NCBI RefSeq assembly: GCF_009914755.1
Contig: NC_060946.1
Length of the DNA stretch: 64,000 nt
Source of the DNA: the human T2T-CHM13v2.0 reference genome, Homo sapiens
Reading direction: 5' to 3' (one strand)
The notes under the pieces were generated by a model. That model was given only the letters and a program-made list of their open reading frames with translations, made no database searches and had not been told where the DNA came from. How positions within the stretch are numbered: the stretch's first letter is position 1; each line of letters begins with the position of its first letter. Below, one piece after another: positions 43,757 to 54,443 of this stretch. The translations under genes were made by a program, and so were the position numbers.

Positions 43757-45276
43757 TTTTCATCTATTTCATCATTTCATTATTTCATTTCATTTCATCA
43801 TTTCATTTCCTCATTTCATCTCATTTCATCATTTCATTTCATCCTTTCATTTCATCCTTTCATTTCATCATTTCATCTCGTCATTTCATCTCATTTTATC
43901 ATTTCATCTCATTCTTTCATTTCATTTCATCATTTCATCTCAATATTTCATTTCATTTCATCATTTCACTTCATCTCATCATTTCATCATCTCATGATTT
44001 TATTTCATCTCATCATTTCATTTCATCATTTCATCTTTTCATCTCATTTCATCAATTCATCATTTCATCTCATTTCACTTCATTTCATTGTTTCATTTCA
44101 TCATTTCATTTCATCACTTCATCTCAACATTTCATTTCGTCATTTCACTTCATCTCATTTCATCATTTCATCTCATGATTTCATTTCATCTCATCATTTC
44201 ATCATTTCATTTATTTCATCATTTCATCATTTCATCATTTGACGTCATGTCATCATTTCATCATTTCATATCATTTCATCATTTCATCTTTTCATTCCAT
44301 CATTTCACTTCATTTCATTTCATCATTTCATTTCCTCATTTCATCATTTCATTTCATCCTTTCATCATTCCATCTCATCATTTCATCGTTTCATTTCATT
44401 ATTTCATTTCAGCATTTCTTCTCATTGTTGCATTTCGTCATTTCATCATTTCATCATTTCACTTCATCTCATCATTTCATCTCATGATTTCATCTCATCA
44501 TCTCATTTCATCTTTTCATCTCATTTCATTTCATCATTTCATCTTTTCATCTCGTCATTTCATTTGATCATTTCATTTCATCAATTCGTCATTTCATCAT
44601 TTCATTTCATTATTTCATCATTTAATCATTTAACTTCATTTCATCATTTCATCATTTCATATCATTTCTTCATTTCACCATTTGATCTTCTCATTTCATT
44701 TCACTTCATCATTTCATTTCATCATTTCATTTCCTCATTTCATTTCACCATTTCATCATTTTATTTCATCATTCCATTTCATCATTTCATTACATTTCAT
44801 CATTTCACTTCATCTCATCATTTCATCTCATGATTTCATTTCATCATTTCATCTTTTAATCTCATTTCATTTAATCATTTTGTTTCATTATACCTTTTCA
44901 TTTCATTTCATCATTTCATTTCATTTCATATCATTTCCTCAATTCATTATTTCATCTTTTCATTTCATTTCACCATTTCATCATTCCATTTCATCATTTC
45001 ATTACATTTCATCATTTCACTTCATCTCATCATTTCATCTCATGATTTCATTTCATCTCATCATTTCATCTTTTAATCTCATTTCATTTAATCATTTCGT
45101 TTCATTACACCTTTTCATTTCATCATTTCATTTCATCATTTCATATCATTTCCTCAATTCATCATTTCATCTTTTCATTTCATCATTTCATCATTTCATT
45201 TCATCATTTCACTTCATTATTTCATTTCATTTCACCATTTCATGTCATCATTTCATCATTTCATCATTTCATTTCA
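43757..45276 (+). repeat. (CATTT)/(CATCATTT)n satellite-like array, ~1.5 kb
   Basis: Continuous degenerate TTTCA/TTTCATCA/CATCT units with almost no G on the + strand. The pentamer differs from the CATTC of HSat2/3. Confidence 0.95.
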
Positions 45277-46122
45277 GTGATACATGTATTTAAGTGCTAA
45301 TGCGATGCCCAGGAGACACCCTATTTCCCTTTGTAAAACACCTCCTTCAACAAAAGGCAACTTCTCATGGCTGGCTAAGTCTACAGGGACACCAGCCTCT
45401 CTTCAACCACCCAATTTCATTTAGAACCTCAAACAGCACCTCAGTTTCATAAAAACCTAAAACATAAACACAACACTTGGTTGTAAGTGAGCCAACAGTT
45501 GTCTCTTTCTCTGCTCAAGGCTTAAGGCCATGTCTCCCCAGCTACATTCAGTGGAAGAAAAGATCCCCTGGACAAATAAGTTTGAGAATTATTGTTGCAG
45601 GAATTCTCAGAACCTTCAAAACACAAATCCTCATCCGCAGGGATCTTCAGGAGGGAGATGGCTGATGCAGCACAACTTTCTTTCACAGGAGTACCTTGCA
45701 GAATACAGTATGAGATACAGAAAGGCTGCATTGAGTCTTTTTAATGGCCCGGGCCTTGGTGGGGGTGGGGTAGGAGCTCTGAGTAGGAACATTCAGGTGG
45801 CTTTTTTTTTCTCCTTATTGGCAAAACTGTGTGTACACCATGAATGAAGCTGGTCTCCCTTATCCATATCAAAACCAAACCCAAATTAATTGGCTAAATT
45901 GGGACTCAACACCTCCAGGAGCCACGCGGCAGAAAGCCCCAACACACTTTAAATTAGCTTACCTCATCATATTTGAGGAAAGCAAAATGCTTATGACCAG
46001 TATGCTGCTAATACAAGTCTACAGATAATGCTGTATGAAAAACTAGTTTTCCCAATCATAGCTGGCATAGTCCACATTTTGCATTACACTTCCCACCTTT
46101 TTTTAAATTTTAAACACAGGTC

Positions 46123-46273
46123 TTTTTCTCTTTTTTTAAATTTTAATTAAATTATACAAGACGGAGTGTCAGTATGTTGCCCAGGCTGGTCTTCAACTCC
46201 TGAGCTCAAGCGATACATCCGTCTCTGCCTCCCAAAGTGCTGAGATTACAGGCCTGATACACTGTGCCTGGCC
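46123..46273 (-). mobile_element. FLAM/AluJ monomer
   Basis: Single antisense left-arm monomer; flanking repeat TTAAACACA..TCTT at 46110 and 46274. Confidence 0.85.
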
Positions 46274-46639
46274 TTAAACACAAATCTTAATTCATTCTTA
46301 CAATTATTCTGAGGTTACAAAAATGGAAGGGGAAGAAAAATGGCAAGCAGGTAGGCTGACTTCGGCTTCATTATTTGGAAGGACAGTTTGCTTGGTTAAA
46401 ACACACTACTGCCTACAAAGGCCAAGACAACAGAAAAATACAGACTTACATAAATAGATTTTATATGTGACAGCAGTTTGAACGGAGACTTTTTCAATGC
46501 AATGAGAAACAGCTGTGATTGGGAATAAATGACAATGAATTTTTTTTATCTCAACAGCTGTCCTGAGAGCATGTCTCTACATCTCTACCTGCATTCTGGA
46601 ATCAGGGAGAAAGCCAAAACGGACGACAAGACACTAGAT

Positions 46640-46831
46640 CAGCCGTGTCCAACCCTTTGACTACAAGGACTTTTCCGCCTATCTGTGGTGGTGGGTATCA
46701 TGAAAATTATGCAAAAACCTTTTTTTTTTTAAGCTCATCAGCTGTTGTTAGCATTAGTGTATTTTATGTGTGGCCCAGGAGCATTCTTCTTCCAATGTGG
46801 CCCTAAGAAGCCAAAAGACTGGACACCTGTG
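46640..46831 (-). mobile_element. MER30 hAT DNA transposon
   Basis: Contains 'aagctcatcagct...ttagtgtattttatgtgtggccca'; ends are CAGCCGTGTCC / GGACACCTGTG, with an 8 bp TSD CACTAGAT at 46632 and 46832. Confidence 0.9.
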
Positions 46832-46950
46832 CACTAGATCAAAAGTCTACTCCTTCTGGAAGCAATTGTAAAGAATTTCTGACATTATCTTGACATGAAA
46901 ACCAATAGATAGTGGGACAGAATGCAAAATCTTCAAGAATTTTTAATGTC

Positions 46951-47213
46951 TTTTTTTTTTTTTTTTGAGTCACAGTCTTGCTCTGTGGCCCAGGCTGGAG
47001 TACACTGGTGAGCTCACAGCTCAGTGCAGGATCAAGTGCTCCTCCCACCTCAGCCACAGTAGTAGCTGGGACTACAGATGTGCACAACCACCCCTGGCTA
47101 ACATTTTATTTTTTGTAGAGACAGGGTCTCACTATATTGTCCAGGTTGGTCTCAAACTCTTTGACTCAAGGGATCCAGGACAGGATAAGAGGTGGGAGCC
47201 ACCACACCTGGCC
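46951..47213 (-). mobile_element. AluJ (internally deleted)
   Basis: Antisense Alu with J-type 'gagacagggtctcactatattgtccagg'. Confidence 0.88.
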
Positions 47214-47687
47214 ATGTGCATGAACTTTTAAGACAAACAAAAGGCCCCACAAAAGTTAAGGTTTTCCCACCTAATTTCCAGGGGATCTTTTGGTGCAAGG
47301 ATGAGAAACCCTTAAAAGTACACAGACAACTCCAAAGATTCAAGACAGTTCATTCGGGCTGAGCCAGCTCACTGGGCAGACTGACCTTCAAAAAAGGCCC
47401 ACCCATGACATACACCAGATGGCTCTACAAGAATCTCTTCAGTCCTCAGGGTCCCTAAGATACTGGACAGAGCTAGGAAAGCAAACCCATTTGCTTCTTC
47501 CTGCAGGAAACCCCTTGAGGTCAAGACCCCACAATCAGACAAGGATGGAGTGGCTCACCCTCAGTAAACAGGCCAGACTCAAGGTGGTATAATGTCTTAA
47601 CCAAGAGTGTGGGCCCCCAGGTCTGACTCTCATCTCAGTTCTCCTTTAATAACCACACTTTGATAATTCTCCTTAACAGGGGTTCCT

Positions 47688-47755
47688 GGCAAGTCAGTTC
47701 TTCCTCAGGCCTTCGGTTTCCTCACCTACAAGATGAGAGGGCTGGACCAGATGGA
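47688..47755 (+). mobile_element. MIR core fragment
   Basis: Matches 'ggcaagtcagtt...ggtttcctcacctacaagatgagagggctggaccagatg'. Confidence 0.55.
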
Positions 47756-48042
47756 AATTCAGGGTGGAAGGGGATGTCCGCGCACAGCCCACCACCCCCC
47801 CCCCACAGGACCCTGGACCCTCCATCCCAGTTCCCACCACGCACCCGCCCCACAAATCGCGCTCAAGGTGAGGGCTGGTCCCGGGTCCTCCTGCTGCCGC
47901 ATCAGCAAATGCAGGAGGGAGGGGAAGACTCCAAGGGCGCAATGCGGGCTCAAGGATGCAACTGGGCCAGGAGTGAACTGGGGCCCCGAGGGAGGTGTCT
48001 GAGCTCCTCCTGGAGCCCAGCCCCGGTCCCCGAACCCCTTAC

Positions 48043-48251
48043 CTCCAGGGTCGTTATCTTCTGCTGGGTGAGGTTGTTCGACACAGCGCACTTGGTGCCC
48101 AGCCAGCAGCGAAGGCTGCCAATGAAGATGCCAATGAGCTTCTGGAGCTGCCCGCGGCCCCTGCGCCACCCTCCGCTAATGCCGCATCACCCCCGCCACC
48201 ACCCTCCTTCTTCTCTCCCATCGCCTCTGCGCGCAGCGCCGCTCTATGCAG
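48043..48251 (-). pseudogene. KSR1: Unprocessed pseudogene fragment of KSR1 (kinase suppressor of Ras 1) coding exon 1; KSR1P-type paralog
   Basis: Manual minus-strand translation from 48251 gives [33 protein letters not shown], then a frameshift, then (G)[36 protein letters not shown] followed by the donor GAG|GTAAGG (intron begins at 48042). The human KSR1 N-terminus as I recall it is [77 protein letters not shown]. The start codon has become CTG and the ASRALQQC segment is deleted. Confidence 0.93.
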
Positions 48252-48412
48252 GCCACAGAGGCCGAGGCAGGGAGCCCGGGGCGCCGGCGCCTAGGCAAAG
48301 AACCCCCGAGCCAGGAGAGCTGGACCAGGAGCGCCCCTCGGCGCTGCCCTTGCCAGGACGCCAGTGGAGCTAGCAGCCGAGTCTGCCGCTCCTGCCCTCA
48401 CAGCCGCAGCAC

Positions 48413-50176
48413 CGGGGGAAAAATCCTCCGCGGCGGTGGCAAAAAGCCACGGCGGCGGGGGCAAAAAGCAGCGGGAGTGGTGGCAAAAAAAAAAAAACAC
48501 AAAAAGCCGTGGCGGCGGGGGGAAAAAGCCATGGCGGCAAAAAGTCTCAGCGGCGGGGACAAAAAAACCGCGGAGGCGGGGGTAAAACGCCGCGGCATCG
48601 GGGGAAAAAGCCAAGGCGGCGGGGGCTGATAGCTCCGGTGGCAAAAAGCCGCGGCGGCAAAAAGCTCGGGCGGTGGGGGAAAAAGCCGCGGCGGCGTGGG
48701 CAAAAAGCCGCAAAAAGTAGTGGCGGCGGGGGCAGAAAATCGCTGCGGTGGGGGCGAAAACCCGCGACTGGGGGAAAAAGCCGCGGCGGCGGGGTCAAAA
48801 AGCCGCGGCGGCGGGGACAAAAACGAGCGGCACGGAGCAAAAAGCCGCGGCGGTGGGCGCAAAAAGCCGCGTCCGTAAAACCCGCGGCGGTGGGGGAAAA
48901 AGCTGCAAAAAGCAGCGGCGACAGGTGCAAAAAGCCACGGTTGCGGGGGTAAAAATCCGCGGCGGCGGAGTCAAAAAGCCTCGGCGGCAAAAACCCGCGG
49001 TGGCGGGAGCAATAAGCCGCGGCGGCGGGGGCAAAAAGACGCGGCGGCCAAAAGCCGCGGCGGCGGGGAGTAAAAAGCCGCGTCGGCAAAAGCCGCGGCG
49101 ATGGGGGTAAAAAGCCGCGTTGGCAAAAACCGCGGTGGCGGGGAGCCAAAAGCCGCCGCGGCCAAAAAGCCGTGCCGGTGGCGGCGGCGGCAAAAAGCCG
49201 CGGCGTCGGGGGCGGGGGCAAAAAGCCGCGGCGGCGCGGGCCGAAAGCATCGGGGGCAAAAAAACACAAAAAGCCGCGGCGGGGGGGAAAAAAGCCGCGG
49301 TGGCAAAAAGCCTTGGCGGCCGGGGCAAAAAAGGCGTGGCGGTGGGCGCAAAAAGTCGTGGCAGTGAGGGTAAAAAGCCGCGTCGGCAAAACCCGCGGCG
49401 GCGGGGGAAAAAGGTGCAAAAAGCCGCAGCGATGGGGGCAAAAAGCCGCGATGGCGGGGGCAAACAGCCCCGGCGGCAAAAACCGGCGGCGGCGGGAGCA
49501 AAAAGCCACGGCAGCAAAAAGCCGTGGCGGCGGGGGCAAAAAGCCGCGGCAGCGGGGAGTAAAAAGCCGCAGTGATGGGGGTAAAAAGCCGCGTTGGCAA
49601 AAACCGCGGCGGCGGGGCGCAAAAAGCCGCGGAGGCGGGGAGCAAAAAGTCGCAGCGGCGGGGCGCAAAAAGCCGCGGAGGCGCGGGCAAAAAGCCGCGG
49701 CAGCGGGGGGTAAAAAGCCCTGTCGGCAAAAGCCGCGGCGGCGGTGTCAAAAAGCCACGGCGGCGGGGAGCAAAAAGCCGCAAAAGCCGCGGCGGCGGGG
49801 GCAAAATACCGCGGCGGCAAAAAGCCCCGGCGGCGCGGGCAAAAAGCCGCGGTGGTGGGGGCAAAAACCATCTGGAGCGGGGGCAAAAAAAGCCGTGAGG
49901 GCGGCGGCGGCAAAAAGCGGCGGCGGCGGCGGGAAAATGCAGCAAAAAGCCGCGGCGGCGGGGGGAAAAAGTCGCAAAAAACAGCGGCGGCTGGGGTAAA
50001 AAGCCACGGCGGCAAAAAGCCTCGGCGGCGGGGGCAAAAAGCCGCGTTGTCAAAAGCGTGGCGGCGGGGGCCAAAAGCCGCGGCGGCGGGGACTGAAACC
50101 CACGGCGGCGGGGGCAAAATACCGCGGCGGCAAAAAGCCGTAAAAAGCCATGGCGGGGACAAAAAGCCGCAAAAAG
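48413..50176 (+). repeat. GC/CpG-rich tandem array B (GGCAAAAAGCCGCGGC[GGCGGG])n, same family and orientation as array A
   Basis: Same core motif over ~1.76 kb, with CpG-decay variants (CCACGG, CCGTGG, CCATGG). Confidence 0.97.
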
Positions 50177-52711
50177 AGCCTTTTTAGGGAAAAGTGCAAT
50201 TGCTAACATCTGAATAGTATATTAAGGATGCCAATCTAAAATTTGCTAATAGCATCATATTTACAAAATAATAACTATTAACATGAGAAGGAATGTAATA
50301 TTTAATAATTAACATTATATTACAATTCTGGGAATTCTGATCAATGCAATAAAATATCAAGAAGAAATAATTCGAAAGAGGTGATAACATTATTTACAAA
50401 TAGTACAAGAATAAGGAACCTTAAAATGATCATTTTCTATAATTTATTATAGTAAATTGTTAAAGTCTACCTTAGGAAAGTAACACTAAGAGAAAATGTT
50501 AATAAAAATACCTTTGGAGTTATTTATGTTAACAAAATTTGGAAAAGCCTAAATATTTAGCTAGAAGGAAACGGTACATTGATATAGACTGGCATTAAAC
50601 TTAGTTTCTTGATTTGATTAAACTTAGTTTCTATGAGACATTTGTATCATTCAAAGTTGTATGTATAGACACTGACTGAAACATAAACTGGGTCATAATA
50701 TTGAATATGTGATGTAATGGCAACCATGAAGAAAATATCAGAGAACCAAATGGAAGGAAAAGAACAGAACCTGAATAATGATTACCTTTGGACAGTGGGA
50801 TCTTAGTTCCTTTTACTCTTCCTACTAATTTAAAATTTGCAAATTTATTACCTTGAGAATATGAGAATACGTTATATTTATAATTAGAAAACATAAAATG
50901 AGTGCTAAATAAACAAATATACCAAATTCTGTTTAGAATTCACTTCCCCAAGAAACTTTCTTTGATTAATCCCACTGGCATTGATCATTATTTTATATGG
51001 CACCCCCGTACTTATGTATTCAGTTTCTACCAAATTAATTTGCATGTTTTAAAAAATCAATTTATAAGCATAATTATGGCATTTCTACATTTATATAGTG
51101 TAGTCTCCAAACTGAATTATAAGCTTGAGGATATGAGGAACCACAGTGTATTTCCAATTATATTTATACAATAAATCATGTGGTACTTTTCACAGAGTGA
51201 ATGTTGTTAACTTACTGAAGACCTGACGAAACAGGGGAAAGATGGCAATGTCTGACAAGAGGAACAGACGTGAAATAAAATCCAACATTCTGTGTAATTC
51301 TTATTGTCTCTTAACCCTACTTGTTGAATTACGAAAACTTCATATACAAAAATTCGAGCATTATACTCTTTAGCTGTACATTATCATTTCAAAACAAACT
51401 TATACATGGCTCTCACTATTACAATAGTCTTCCCACTGTAAAAACTTTTAAGCTGTAACTTTCTGCCATTACTACGTTACCTTCATATTAGTTTATGCCA
51501 TACTTCTTTCTGAGTTTCTGTCAATATTCATCTGAGGTATTTTTGTGTAAAAATTAGATAGTAACAGGAAAATAGATAACTGCTTCCAATATGTAGAAGT
51601 CATTACTACAGCTTTGCCTATTAACACATACACACTATTTCTTCATGTCCCAGATGTTCAGGTATATGGGAATGAAACAATGAGTTGGAACCTCTTGATT
51701 CAGTTATTCTGGTGACAAACAATGTGTATAGCTCATTGACGATTGTTTAACCCTTGACAAAGTGGCTGCAATTGTTACTTGCAGATGTAGCCACACTTAA
51801 TTTCTTTTCTCCACTCCCCACTGCATTGTATTTGTTATTCTTGATATCAGAAATGTGTTAAGAAATATGCCACTAACTGGGTGTGCTCCCTATACAATTA
51901 GCTACAGAAAGAGGTGATAACTCATATTATTTACAAAGATTACAAGTATAAAGAACCTTAAAATAATCATTTTCTATAATTTGTTATCAATTGTTGTTTA
52001 TTTTAACAATTATCAATTAGCTACAGAACACGAGTAGTGTTTCTTACTTTAGCCTGATGTAAACATGTGATGCGGTAATATAGTGAAGAATATTACTCAC
52101 TTCAGGGGATAGGGCTTTGGTCAAGAATTTTGAGAAACTCTTGAAAAAGGAAAAGAAAACTCCCCGTGATAGTAAGACAATTCCAAAAGCAAAAGGAGAA
52201 AAAATGTAAATGTATTAAATCAAAAAATATTTTAAGGTAAGGCAAAAGTAGGTATAGAATGGTGAGTCACATACAAATTGTGAAAGTGAGTAATGGCCCA
52301 GAAATCAAAGGAGAGGGAAAAATATGGTAGGTGAATATGGTTGCAATGCTAATTAAAAAAATGTTATTAGCAGCTAGCTCAATTCAAGCTTTGAATAAAT
52401 AGAAAGAGTGTTTATAACAGTACGCTTAATCTACTGGTGATAATATTAAGATAATTGTTGAAATATACTTAAAAGAAGTTAGTGAAAGCAGAGAATGAAA
52501 GACTATTGAACTTTTCTGGTTTATTGTGTAAAAATTTGCCTGTATCCAACATACAGGCACAAAAATAAAATACTGGAAATAGAGAGCAAATCTTGGCCAT
52601 TCAAATGAGAGTCAGCTATTAATTCTTTGGCCATAGGCTGTACTCCTACAAGCAAACTACGGCTAAAATATGCGATTCAATACAGATACTCATTTTTCAA
52701 GTGTTTACAAC

Positions 52712-53397
<686 letters not shown>

Positions 53398-54443
53398 AAC
53401 CAAGGATGAATGTATGAGGCACCTGTCAAAATACACATTTGAAAAGATCAGAACGTCTGCAATGCCAAATGAATTACATTTGTAGAGGCAAATTCTAACA
53501 ATGAAATGAGAAGAACTGCAAACAGAAGGAATCACAGAGAGAACCATTTAATTTTAACATTGAAGAAAAACTTTGAATGTGGGTTCCATCCAATTGTACA
53601 ATAACTCAATGTATACAGCATCAACACTTTTAAAACATTGAGATAAAATATTTTTGGATTTTATCAAATTTGATGTAATGCTAGAAGAAGAATTCATACT
53701 TCGAAGGGACTGTGATAAATTAAAGGATTTATTTAGTTCTGTTTGCACTTGCTACATGCTGTTTCCAATATGAATATTTTCACAAGATTTACATGTCTAA
53801 TACATGAGTTGGCTCCTGACCTTGAAGCAATTGTTAGCAATAGATACACTGGTAAAAAAAATTATCTTCTGCTGTCCTGCATGACCATGGACATGGACAT
53901 CTTAGTATTTATGTGTAATAAAAACTTTCAGTTCAGCTTAGTAAGTATTTATTGACAATGTGCTAATCATGAGGAGGACTGTGGATAAAGGTGGATGATA
54001 AAGACAAATTTAAGTTGGGAAAACTACCACCACTACATCTACAAGGGCTGAAAGTATATACAAGTCAGAAGCACACAGAAATCACTGAACCACAAAGTAA
54101 ATGGCCGTAAGTGCTGTTATATACCCAAAGCATGTCCTACTTATATAGTCCTTTAAATGTATAAATAATACATTAATTGTGACTGGGAAGGGAGAAAGTT
54201 TCTAGGAATAGTTCTTTAAAAAGTTGCATCAGTTTTGATTAATACATAGAAAGAGACTGTTACAGAAGAAGAGCTAGCTAACAGAAGACCTAGCATCATT
54301 TTATTCTTGCACAGTATCAGGGAACCCAACAGTTTTGTCAGCAGTAGCTACTTTTAGTTTCCTTGGATACTTGAGATCATCTGGGAAGATTGTGGTAAGT
54401 AAGGCTGCTGATGAAGACTTTGATTAAGAAAGGATTTATCAGG

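Larger units (their letters stand above)
45277..48412 (-). other. Probable extent of the KSR1-derived duplicon (5'UTR, exon 1 and ~2.8 kb of intron 1)
   Basis: GC-rich 5'UTR-like sequence at 48252-48412 and an intact splice donor. The downstream sequence is more GC-rich than the AT-rich block at 4.4-43.7 kb. It is bounded sharply by the CATTT array and by GC array B. The left boundary is inferred. Confidence 0.65.

Noticed and set aside
43677-45293. F/H/I/S-rich ORFs, and possible HSat2/3 or CRISPR-like array
   Set aside because: The ORFs are translations of (CATTT)n. The unit is not CATTC, and there are no unique spacers between constant repeats.
47660-48373. 237 aa + strand ORF and neighbouring ORFs
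   Set aside because: They are antisense or off-frame readings of the GC-rich KSR1 exon and intron; the real homology is on the minus strand and is frameshifted.
48246-50209. Long ORFs (up to 455 aa) over array B
   Set aside because: Same low-complexity artefact as array A.
53400-53990. Possible exon in unique sequence
   Set aside because: Only short open frames, with no recognisable protein similarity or convincing splice-site pair.
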